From contig JANRLD010000013.1 in assembly GCA_033762915.1 (NCBI GenBank), positions 1 to 64,000 of the forward strand: DNA of 64,000 nucleotides, given 5' to 3'. A program made the translations under genes and the position numbers. The stretch is from Meiothermus sp. GTDB lineage: Bacteria; Deinococcota; Deinococci; Deinococcales; Thermaceae. The notes beneath the pieces were generated by a model. That model had not been told where the DNA came from and did not search any database. It saw only the letters and a program-made list of their open reading frames with translations. Positions 1 through 8,410 of the stretch are shown here, one piece after another (positions within the stretch are counted from its first letter, which is position 1; each line of letters opens with the position of its first letter).

Positions 1-464
1 GCCCCCCCGCCCGCATCCGCCTGGCCCAGCTGGGCCTGACCTACGAGGTACCTGGCAAGGGCTACCGGGGCGAAATTCCCCCCATGGACATCCTGGTGGA
101 GTTCACCACCAACGAGGCCCTGGCTGCCAAGCTCGATCCGCAGGTGATGCAGTGGGTGCAGCAGCGCAACATCGAGATGCTGGTCAAGCAGGCCACCGCT
201 GAGGCCAGAAGCGATCCCGCCAAGGCCGCCAAGACCCTCGAGCTGGCCCGGAACATGACCGTCAAGCTCGGCAATTCGGCCATGACCCAGGCGCTTGACC
301 GTGCCGTGGGCGAACTGAAGAGCAGTAAGACCCTTTCCATCGGCACCGCCAAGACCATCAAGATCGGGGCCAAGACCCAGGTGCTCAAGCAAGGCCCCGA
401 GGCCGCGCCCGGCGGGGGAGACCTGCCCTCCGACGAGGAGATTCGGAAGATCACAGGGGCGTGA
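1..464 (+). CDS. C-terminal part of a probable vWA-domain protein of the kinase/FHA cluster (5' end outside window)
   Basis: Frame is open from base 3 (PPARIRLAQLGLTYEVPGKGYRGEIPPMDILVEF...) to TGA 464. The helical tail resembles the C-terminus of vWA proteins found beside STK/FHA/PP2C genes. The vWA domain itself is not visible. Confidence 0.55.
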   Translation, partial: PPARIRLAQLGLTYEVPGKGYRGEIPPMDILVEFTTNEALAAKLDPQVMQWVQQRNIEMLVKQATAEARSDPAKAAKTLELARNMTVKLGNSAMTQALDRAVGELKSSKTLSIGTAKTIKIGAKTQVLKQGPEAAPGGGDLPSDEEIRKITGA

Positions 465-518
465 GTTGGGCGGGGGAAGTGGAGCGGCAGAGCGAAAGGG
501 CCACCTGTGGGGACGCAC

Positions 519-600
519 GTTAACTCCGAGCCCTTCGATTGGCTCAGGCTACACTCCGCGCAACGTAAAGAGGAATCCTTGGCGGCGTGGACCAAAAGCC
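519..600 (+). repeat. Degenerate copy of the GTCATTCCGAG-type palindromic repeat also at 27747-27881
   Basis: GAATCCTTGGCGGCGTGGACCAAAAG (573-598) matches GAATCCTTTGCGGCGTGGCCAGAAAG (27762-27787). It is preceded by TAACTCCGAGC vs TCATTCCGAGC and contains a CCCTTCGATTGGCTCAGG module. Confidence 0.4.
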
Positions 601-965
601 CCCTTGCCAAGCCGTTGTCAGGTTGAGCGGGTACGGCCTGCTGCATTGAGGGCCACAACTCGGCTGGCTGTACGCGAAGCATCTCCTGCAAAGGCGAACA
701 CACGCTAACGCAGTGTTGCCAGATAAACCCACACCGCCACTGTGACATTGCCCCTGCCCGCGCTGCCCAAAGACCTTCGGCGCGGTACAACTGCGCTCCG
801 CTCAGGGCTATTCAGGTTAAGCGCGAAAGGAAAGAGGGGCTCGAGCCCGGCCCACCAGCGAAACCCGCTTCAGACAGACAACAGTAAAACCTGCTTGAAT
901 AAGCCGCAGACCCTTCGCTTTTCCCTTTTCCCGCCTTTGACGTTCAGGCGCTACTCTGCACCCCA

Positions 966-2180
966 ATGACCCACTGCCCCGTCTGTTCCTCCCCGCTCAG
1001 CGGCAGCCAGACCGTTTGTCCGGCCTGCGGCTCGAGCCTCCTCTTGCCGCACCTGTCTGCGGGCACGACCCTGGCGGGCCGGTACGTGCTGGGGGAGGTG
1101 TTGGGGCAGGGCGGCTTCGGCATCACCTACGCCGCGCAAGACCGGGTGCTCAGGCGGCCGGTGGCGGTCAAGGAGTTCTTCCCCGACGGCAGTACGCGGC
1201 TGGCCACGCAGCTGAATCCGCCCACCTCGCTCGGCGGCCTTGGCTTCCAAGAAGCCAAGGAGCGCTTCATCAGTGAGGCCCGCACGCTGGGGCAGTTCGC
1301 GCACCCGGGCATCGTGCAGATTTACGACGTCCTTGAGGACAATGGCACTGCCTATCTGGTGATGGAGAAGCTCGAGGGCGAGACCCTGGGCCGCCGCATT
1401 GAGCGGCTGGGGCGGCTGGACGAGCGCGGGGTTATGGAGGTCGCGCGCGCGGCGGCGGGGGCTCTCGAGACCGTCCATGCGGCGGGCCTGCTGCACCGCG
1501 ACCTCAAGCCGGACAACCTGTTCCTGACCACCGACGGGCGCACGGTGCTGATTGACTTCGGTTCGGCCAGGGGCTTCGTGCAGAATAAGACGGTGCGGCA
1601 CACCCGGCTGGTCACGCCGGGCTACGCGCCCCTGGAGCAGTACGCCAGCAGCGCCAAGCTGGGGCCGTACACCGACCTCTATGCGCTGGGGGCCACGCTG
1701 TTTCACGCCCTCACCGGCTCGCAGCCCCCGAGCGCGACCGACCGGGCCACGGGCGTGGCGTTGCCGTCGCTGCCCAGGGGAACCTCCAAACAGCTGTCCA
1801 ACCTCATCAGCCGGGCGCTCGAGATGAAGGTGGCCGACCGGCCCGCCAGCGTGGGGGAGTGGCTGCGGGCGCTCGAGGGGCGCACGCCCGCCTCCGCCGC
1901 GCCCGTCGGGCCGTCGGCCCCGCAGGTCCCTGGGCCCGTACCCCCCCAACCTGAGCCCGCCCGTCGGCCGCGTCCGCCTGCTCCGCCCCCGCCGTTTCCC
2001 CCGCCCCCGCCAGGCACCCCCTTTCCCTCCGCCAGCAACGTCGCCAATGGCTGTGGCGCGGGCTGTCTGAGCTTCTTCCTGGTGCTGTTTATCGGCATCG
2101 CGATAGGGTTGGGACCACTGGCCGCTCCGCTGGCAATTGGGGTATCGTTTTTTGTGGCTGCCCGAGCCTTTCGGAGATAA
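966..2180 (+). CDS. Hanks-type Ser/Thr protein kinase with N-terminal zinc ribbon, Pro-rich linker and C-terminal TM hairpin
   Basis: CPVC...CPAC; GQGGFGITY, VAVKE, HRDLKPDN, DFG, TPGYAPLEQ, DLYALG; hydrophobic C-terminus. Confidence 0.95.
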   Translation: MTHCPVCSSPLSGSQTVCPACGSSLLLPHLSAGTTLAGRYVLGEVLGQGGFGITYAAQDRVLRRPVAVKEFFPDGSTRLATQLNPPTSLGGLGFQEAKERFISEARTLGQFAHPGIVQIYDVLEDNGTAYLVMEKLEGETLGRRIERLGRLDERGVMEVARAAAGALETVHAAGLLHRDLKPDNLFLTTDGRTVLIDFGSARGFVQNKTVRHTRLVTPGYAPLEQYASSAKLGPYTDLYALGATLFHALTGSQPPSATDRATGVALPSLPRGTSKQLSNLISRALEMKVADRPASVGEWLRALEGRTPASAAPVGPSAPQVPGPVPPQPEPARRPRPPAPPPPFPPPPPGTPFPSASNVANGCGAGCLSFFLVLFIGIAIGLGPLAAPLAIGVSFFVAARAFRR

Positions 2181-2183
2181 ATT

Positions 2184-4235
2184 GTGGATCGCTGCCCCTA
2201 CTGCGCCAGCCCGGTTCCGCCCGACGCCAAGATCTGCCCGGCCTGCGGCTCGAGCCTGGCCCCCGAGGCCCCCGACACCTCGGCCCACCTGCCGGTGGGG
2301 ACGCGGCTGCTGGGCGGGCGCTACACCATCGGGAAGGTGTTGGGTCAGGGGGGCTTCGGCATCACCTACATGGGCACCGACACCCGCACCAACATGGCGG
2401 TGGCCATCAAGGAACTTTTCCCCGAGGGCTCGGCCCGTCAGCCCAACTCACGCAATGTGGTGCCCCCGACGGGCATGGCGGGGGGTGGCTTCTCCGAGAC
2501 CCTGCAAAAGTTCGAGGAAGAGGCCCAGACCACCGCCAAGTTCAACCACCCCGGAATCGTGCGGGTGTTTGACGTGTTTGAGGAGAACGGCACCGGCTAC
2601 ATGGTGATGGAGTTGCTCAAGGGCCAGACCCTGGGCAAGCGTATCGAGAAGCAGGGCAAGCTCTCGCCCGCCGAGGCGATGGACATCACCAACAAACTGC
2701 TGGACGCCCTCGAGGTCGTGCACAAGGCCGGGATGCTGCACCGCGACATCAAGCCCGACAACATTTTTTTGCTCCAGGACGGGCGGGTGGTGCTGATCGA
2801 CTTCGGCTCGGCCCGCGACTTCGCCCGCAACAAGACGCTCAGCCACACCCGCCTGGTCACGCCGGGCTATGCGCCCCTAGAGCAGTACGGCAGTTCCGGC
2901 AAGTTCGGCCCCTACACCGACATCTACGCGCTGGGGGCCACGCTTTACCACGCCCTGATGGGCACTGTGCCGCCCGCCGCCACCGACCGGGTGCAGACCA
3001 ACCTGGCCCTCAAGCTTCCACCCTCCACACCGGACAGCCTCGAGAATGCGGTCAACAAGGCCCTGGAAATTCGGGTCGACGCCCGCCCCCAGAGCATCCA
3101 GGAGTTCCGCGACATCCTGGCGGGCCGCCGCGAGCCGCGGCCCTCGCGGCAGAACCGCAACCCCAGCTCGAGCACCCAAACCGGCAACCTGCACATCCGC
3201 ATCGTCCCTAGCGCGGCATTCGTGCGGGTCACCGGGGTGCAGGGCTTGCAGCAGGTCACCCAGGGCGACCAGGACCTCAACGGCCTGCCGGTGGGCAAGT
3301 ACAGCCTCTACGCCCAGTGCAAGGGCTTCCAGGATCAGCAGATCGAGGTGGAGGTCTTCAACCGCCAGACCACCCAGGTCAACTTCACCCTGGTTCCGGT
3401 CACGCAGCCCGCGCCCCAGCCTGCCCCGCCCCCGCGCACCCCGCCCGCCCCCCAGCCCACCCCGCGCCCGGCCCCCCAGCCGCAGCCCACTCCCAAACCT
3501 GCGCCGCCTCAACCTCAACCTCAGCCGCAACCGCGACCCCAACCCGCGCCTCCCAGGCCAACGCCGCAGCCGACTCCGGTACCCCCACAGCCTGCGCCCC
3601 AGCCTGCACCCCCCCAGCCCGCGCCGCAGCCGCAACCTTCCCCGTCACCCTCTCCCCAGCCTCCCAGCCCCCCTGCTCCCCAGCGCCGTTGGTTTACTTT
3701 CCCCACCCTCTCGCCCGCCCTGCTGATCCCGCTCAACCTGCTGGCGATGCTCTCGATCGCCTACCTGCTCTACATCGCCCAGCCCACACCCTTGCAGGAC
3801 TTCCTGGCCCCCCTCGACGAGTGGTTTGCCACCTGGTTCCAGAACCCCCAGGACCCCGCCTCCGGCTTCGAGGAAATCCGGGCTGCGGTCTACTCGGTCG
3901 CCACGGTGCTGCTGTTCCAGCTCGCGGCCTACCTCATCACCCGCATCGTCTGGCTGCCGCTGGTACTGATGGGGGGCTTTTTGGGGGCGCTGGTCTACTT
4001 CGGCCAGTTGCCGCTCGAGTGGGCCGGGGTCTGGGCGACGGGCCTGGGGGCCATCTACCTCCTGGTCTTCTTCCTGGATCGCTTCTGGCTGGTGCTGACG
4101 GTCGGGCTGGGCGCCCTGGCGACCATAGCTTGGGCCGACAGCAGGGCCGGCGAGGTGGCCTCGGTCCACGCGGTCGCGGTGGTGGTTCTGGTGCTGTGCT
4201 TTGCTGGTATCGTTAGCTTGAGTAAGAAACGTTGA
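2184..4235 (+). CDS. Hanks-type Ser/Thr protein kinase with zinc ribbon, PEGA-like domain, long Pro/Gln linker and multi-TM C-terminus
   Basis: CPYC...CPAC; GQGGFGITY, VAIKE, HRDIKPDN, DFG; GNLHIRIVPSAAFVRV...LPVGKYSLYAQCKGFQ beta-sandwich; several TM segments; GTG start 3 nt after upstream stop. Confidence 0.93.
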   Translation: MDRCPYCASPVPPDAKICPACGSSLAPEAPDTSAHLPVGTRLLGGRYTIGKVLGQGGFGITYMGTDTRTNMAVAIKELFPEGSARQPNSRNVVPPTGMAGGGFSETLQKFEEEAQTTAKFNHPGIVRVFDVFEENGTGYMVMELLKGQTLGKRIEKQGKLSPAEAMDITNKLLDALEVVHKAGMLHRDIKPDNIFLLQDGRVVLIDFGSARDFARNKTLSHTRLVTPGYAPLEQYGSSGKFGPYTDIYALGATLYHALMGTVPPAATDRVQTNLALKLPPSTPDSLENAVNKALEIRVDARPQSIQEFRDILAGRREPRPSRQNRNPSSSTQTGNLHIRIVPSAAFVRVTGVQGLQQVTQGDQDLNGLPVGKYSLYAQCKGFQDQQIEVEVFNRQTTQVNFTLVPVTQPAPQPAPPPRTPPAPQPTPRPAPQPQPTPKPAPPQPQPQPQPRPQPAPPRPTPQPTPVPPQPAPQPAPPQPAPQPQPSPSPSPQPPSPPAPQRRWFTFPTLSPALLIPLNLLAMLSIAYLLYIAQPTPLQDFLAPLDEWFATWFQNPQDPASGFEEIRAAVYSVATVLLFQLAAYLITRIVWLPLVLMGGFLGALVYFGQLPLEWAGVWATGLGAIYLLVFFLDRFWLVLTVGLGALATIAWADSRAGEVASVHAVAVVVLVLCFAGIVSLSKKR

Positions 4236-4298
4236 GGGTTGAAGGCTGAACGACGAAGTTAAGGACGAAGGCTGACGGCTAACCATAAGGAGAACGCT

Positions 4299-4976
4299 AT
4301 GATTACGTGCGCTGTTTGCGGCAAGCAAAACCCCGACGGAACCCAATACTGCGAAGACTGCGGCGCAGAGCTGACGGCCGCCCCCGCCCCCGCTCCGGCG
4401 GCCGCCCCTACCGAGCCCACGCCCGAGGCGGCAACTCCTGCTCCAGCCCCCGAGGCCGCGCCCGCGCCCGAAGCCCCCGCCGAACCTGCTCCCGCCCCCG
4501 CACCCGAGGCCCCCGCCGCTGCGCCGGAAGCTGCCCCCGCGCCCGAGACCGCGCCTGCCGAGGCTGCGCCCGCTGAGGCCGCGCCCGCCGCCGCTCCGGC
4601 CCCTGTTCCCGCGCCCGCCCCGGCGCCCGCCTTTAGACCGGGCAAGCTGACCGTCAAGCGCTTCGGGGCCCTTTCCTCCGACGTGATCCCCCTCCAGGGG
4701 CCGAAGCTCACTGTGGGCCGCTTCGACGCCTCGACCGGGCCGGTGGAGATTGACCTGAGCAGCCTGCCGGGGGCCGAAAACATCTCCCGCCGCCACGCCG
4801 AGGTCTTCTTCGAGGACGGCGTCTGGAAGGTCAAGGATCTCGGCTCCACCAATGGTGTCTTCATCAAAAAGGCGGGCCAGTCCGCCTACTCTGCCCGCCT
4901 GGTCGAGCCCACCGCGCTGGGCAACGGCGACGAGCTGGCCTTCGGCAACATCGTGGTGGTGTTCGACGAGGCTTAA
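4299..4976 (+). CDS. Zinc-ribbon / Ala-Pro linker / FHA domain protein
   Basis: CAVC...CEDC; FHA motifs VGRFD, ISRRHA, DLGSTNGVFI; AGGAG RBS upstream. Confidence 0.93.
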   Translation: MITCAVCGKQNPDGTQYCEDCGAELTAAPAPAPAAAPTEPTPEAATPAPAPEAAPAPEAPAEPAPAPAPEAPAAAPEAAPAPETAPAEAAPAEAAPAAAPAPVPAPAPAPAFRPGKLTVKRFGALSSDVIPLQGPKLTVGRFDASTGPVEIDLSSLPGAENISRRHAEVFFEDGVWKVKDLGSTNGVFIKKAGQSAYSARLVEPTALGNGDELAFGNIVVVFDEA

Positions 4977-5093
4977 GAGGGCGGGGGACGGTGAGGGCGA
5001 CGGCCTGTGACAGGCGGCCCGTGGTTCGTCTACCGGCCGCGGGCCACCTGCCACAGCCTACAAGCCATCTTTTCTTCTCTAGGAGCGGTAATC

Positions 5094-6875
5094 ATGGCAT
5101 CCGACGATCAACCCAAACCTGAGCCCGCGCCTGAAAAGCTGGAAGCGCCCGACAAGGAGGCCGTGGCGGCGGCCGAGAGCGAGGGCATGACCCACGCCGA
5201 CATGACCCTCGGGTCTGCCGAGCCCGCCCCCCAAACCCAGGCTGCTGAGCCCGCAGGGGCGGCCAGCCAGGCGCTCCCCGCCACGCCCGAACCGCCCGAA
5301 ACGCAGCCCCCCGACGAGCCGGCCCCTCAGCCGGACTCGAGCCCTCCGGTTCCCCTATCCCCCGCTCAGGACTTCCTCGAGGAAACCGTCCTCCCCTCCA
5401 CCGTGGAAAACCTCGACCTCAAACCTGGCTCCCTTCAGCAGTGGGGCGGGTTCACCTTCACCGCCGGGCAGGCCGCGCTGCCGGGCTGGTATCACGGCAC
5501 CCAGGGCGAGACCGGGCTGTTGGTCAAGCCGGGGCTGGACGGGGCGCTGCTGGCCGGCCTGGGGGCACACAAGATGCTGCCCAAGCTGGCCTATGCGGGG
5601 CCGGAGGGCGTGGCGGTGGTGGTCGAAGAGGGCGAGGTCGTCCGAGAGCCCGTCGAACTGGCCGAGGCCTTGGAGGCCCTACAGCCGCTGGCCCAGCTGG
5701 TGTTTTTCCTCGAGAGGAAGGGCCTGACCCTGGTAGACCTCGAGCCGCTCTCGCTGCTCAAGACCGGGTCGGGCCTCAAGCTGATCCCCCCGCCGCGCCT
5801 GGGCCGCGTAGGGGAGAAGGCCACCCCCCTCTGGCACGAGGGCTACACCCCGCCCGAGGTGCTGGCCGAGGCCACCCTAAGCCCCAAGACCGGGGTCTAC
5901 CTGCTGGGCGCGCTGCTGTTCGACCTGCTGAGCGGGGTCGCGCTGCCCGCCGAAGGCCCCAGCGAGATTCTGCTGGGTGGCCTTAAGTACGGCGGGGTGC
6001 CGCAGATCTTGAAGCAGTTCCTGGCCCCACTCGACGAACGCCCCTCCCCGCAGGCGGCGCTGGCCCTGCTCAAGGCGCTGGCCGCCCCGCCCGACCCGGT
6101 GATCGAGCTCGCTGCCGCCACCAACGTCGGCCTCAACCCCACCCGCCCCCTCAACGAGGACTCGTACTCCTACCGCATCGAGCGCGTCGGGGCCCAGTTC
6201 AACTCCACGAGCCTGATCCGGGCCTGTGTCTCCGATGGCATGGGCGGGATGGCGGCGGGCGAGCGGGCCTCGCAGGCCGCCGTGGAGGCCTTCGTGTCAG
6301 GCTCGATCCCCAGCCCGCTCGACGACCCCACCGCCCAGTCGGACTGGGGTGTGCGGCTGGTCTGGGAGGGCAACGCGGGGGTCTTGAAGGCGCTGGAGGG
6401 CAGGGACGGCGGCTGCACCATGACCGGTGTGATCCTGCTGGGCCCGCGCTACACCCTGGCCCACGTGGGCGACACGCGAGCCTATCTGTGGGATGGCAGG
6501 CTCACCCAGCTCACCCGCGACCACTCGCTGGTGGCGATGCTGGTGCAGAACGGGGTGATTACGCCCCAGGAGGCCGACCATCACCCCGACCGCAACAAGG
6601 TGCTGCGCTCGCTGGGCGGGGTGCGCCAGGTTCAGCCCAACTGGGTGGACACGCTCGAGAACAGCCGGGGGGTGGTCTCGAGCACCCTCGAGCCCGGCCA
6701 GATGCTGGTGCTGGTCTCCGACGGGGTTTGGGGCGAGGTGGATGAGCCGGTGATGGCCCGGATCATCGAGACCAGCCCTGATATCCAGACCATCTGCGAC
6801 CGGTTGGTTCAGGACGCGCTGGACAAGGGCGCGCCGGACAACGCGACGGCGCTGGTAGTTAAGCGCTCGAGGTGA
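5094..6875 (+). CDS. PP2C/PPM-family Ser/Thr phosphatase fused to a degenerate kinase-like domain
   Basis: NEDS, VSDGMGG, HVGDTRAY, TRDHS, VSDGVW, GAPDNAT phosphatase motifs; kinase-like remnants EGYTPPEV and GVYLLGALL; start taken at ATG 5094 after AGGAG RBS. Confidence 0.92.
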   Translation: MASDDQPKPEPAPEKLEAPDKEAVAAAESEGMTHADMTLGSAEPAPQTQAAEPAGAASQALPATPEPPETQPPDEPAPQPDSSPPVPLSPAQDFLEETVLPSTVENLDLKPGSLQQWGGFTFTAGQAALPGWYHGTQGETGLLVKPGLDGALLAGLGAHKMLPKLAYAGPEGVAVVVEEGEVVREPVELAEALEALQPLAQLVFFLERKGLTLVDLEPLSLLKTGSGLKLIPPPRLGRVGEKATPLWHEGYTPPEVLAEATLSPKTGVYLLGALLFDLLSGVALPAEGPSEILLGGLKYGGVPQILKQFLAPLDERPSPQAALALLKALAAPPDPVIELAAATNVGLNPTRPLNEDSYSYRIERVGAQFNSTSLIRACVSDGMGGMAAGERASQAAVEAFVSGSIPSPLDDPTAQSDWGVRLVWEGNAGVLKALEGRDGGCTMTGVILLGPRYTLAHVGDTRAYLWDGRLTQLTRDHSLVAMLVQNGVITPQEADHHPDRNKVLRSLGGVRQVQPNWVDTLENSRGVVSSTLEPGQMLVLVSDGVWGEVDEPVMARIIETSPDIQTICDRLVQDALDKGAPDNATALVVKRSR

Positions 6876-6914
6876 CGGCGAGGTCGGCCGGAGGATTCAT
6901 CAAGGGGGCGGGCC

Positions 6915-8270
6915 TCACCGCACCCGCATCGTCCAGGCCCCCTCGGTCTCGGTGTCCAGCACCACCAGCCGCCCGGCCAGGGTGCTGGGGAACTCGCCGT
7001 CGGCGACGGGCTCGAGGGTCACGAAGACCCGGCCGAACTCGCCCTTCTGGTCGAGGGGCTGGCCCGGCGGGTTGCCGTTGGAAGGCAGTGGCAGGCGGTA
7101 GTTCAGCTCGATCGGGGCTCCGCTGGTGCCCACGCTAAAACTGCCCACCCGGAAGGTGCGGGCGTCGCGGTTGGTGCGGTAGACGGCGTAGCGGTAGCCG
7201 GCGGGGTTGCGCGGGAAGCCCGAGAAGCTGGCCTTGAAGCCGCTGTTGTAGGCGTTGTAAGCCAGGTAGGGGCTTTCCAGCGAGAGCACCCCTTGGGCCG
7301 AGGTGGGCATCTCGAAAAGCAGGGCGCGCTCGAGGCCCACGCCCCACACGTAGAGGTCGGCCCGGCTGGTGCCGTCGCGGGCCGGGGTGGGGAAGAAGCC
7401 CAGCAGGAAGGGGGACTCCACCACGCTGGGGCTGCTGGAGGGCGGGGTGCTGCTGCTCTGTAGCACTACCGCCACCGCATTAAGCGAGAGCGCCGCCGCC
7501 GAGCCGGTCAGGCCGGGGGCCACCCCGCAGGTCAGGGCGGCGGGCACGGAACCGACCAGCGAGAGGCTCACGGTCAGGGTACCCGCCCCCACCTCTACCG
7601 TCTCGGGGAAGGAGCCCAGGAAGCGCACGCAGTCAACCTCGCCGTTGGGGCCGGCCCGGTAGGCGTAGGCGTTCAGGCGGTAGGCGGGGGACAGGACGGG
7701 CCAGTTGCGGAACTCGCTGAAGGCAAAGCGGCTCTGGGCGCCGTCCTCAATGCCGACTGCCACCGAGGGCAGGGCCAGGCTGGTGGGGAGCCTGAGACCT
7801 CGCTGGGCGGGGCGGATGAAGCTGGTGAAGCTGACGCTGCCGCGCGAGCTGGCGGCCTGCCCGTTAAGGGTGAAAACCGTTGGGCATACCACATCGGTGG
7901 CCACCCCGGCGGTGAGCACAATGGAGAGCTTGCCCTCGGCGTTGGTCAGGGGAATCTCGGCGGGGAGACTGCACAGGCGGCTGTCGGTGAGGACGTTGAT
8001 CGAGAGGTCGGGCACCCCCTGGCCTTTGGCGTCTACCGCCTGCACCACCAGCGGTGCGGGGAAGGCCGCGCCCGAGGAGCCGACCTGCTGGTTGCCGCTG
8101 ACGATGTTAAGGCTGTAGGTCGGGCCGCCCGGTGTCGAAGGTGCGGGCACGTTGATCACCGGGGCCGGTATGTTGACCACCGGCGGCTCCACGTTGACCA
8201 CCGGCGCGGGCTGGGTACAGCCCGCCGCCGCCAAGAAGAGTAACGCTGCAATACCTCTGCTCCACTGCAT
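6915..8270 (-). CDS. Lipoprotein with Ig-like (invasin/Big-type) domain and RskA-C-like C-terminal region
   Basis: Lipobox AAAG-C; IVSGNQQVG...PAPLVVQAVDAKGQGV...TNAEG Ig-like pattern; C-terminal VFVTLEP...PS..G motif. Confidence 0.75.
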   Translation of the reverse strand: MQWSRGIAALLFLAAAGCTQPAPVVNVEPPVVNIPAPVINVPAPSTPGGPTYSLNIVSGNQQVGSSGAAFPAPLVVQAVDAKGQGVPDLSINVLTDSRLCSLPAEIPLTNAEGKLSIVLTAGVATDVVCPTVFTLNGQAASSRGSVSFTSFIRPAQRGLRLPTSLALPSVAVGIEDGAQSRFAFSEFRNWPVLSPAYRLNAYAYRAGPNGEVDCVRFLGSFPETVEVGAGTLTVSLSLVGSVPAALTCGVAPGLTGSAAALSLNAVAVVLQSSSTPPSSSPSVVESPFLLGFFPTPARDGTSRADLYVWGVGLERALLFEMPTSAQGVLSLESPYLAYNAYNSGFKASFSGFPRNPAGYRYAVYRTNRDARTFRVGSFSVGTSGAPIELNYRLPLPSNGNPPGQPLDQKGEFGRVFVTLEPVADGEFPSTLAGRLVVLDTETEGAWTMRVR

Positions 8271-8410
8271 ATTTCCACCCCTCTGCTTAAATTTATGGCT
8301 AAATAGGCCGTATTTGCGGTCATATTCGGCAGGCCGGCGGGCGCAAAGCGGCTACAATAAAAGATTGTTTTCGCCCACAATCGTCCCTAAAGCTGGCACA
8401 ATAAGGGGGT

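Noticed and set aside
466..969. Short ORFs in the spacer before the first kinase
   Set aside because: No motifs or RBS, atypical codon usage, and overlap with repeat remnants
3405..4630. Repetitive C-rich tracts as CRISPR or non-coding repeats
   Set aside because: They encode Pro/Gln and Ala/Pro linkers of the kinase and FHA proteins; there is no repeat-spacer structure
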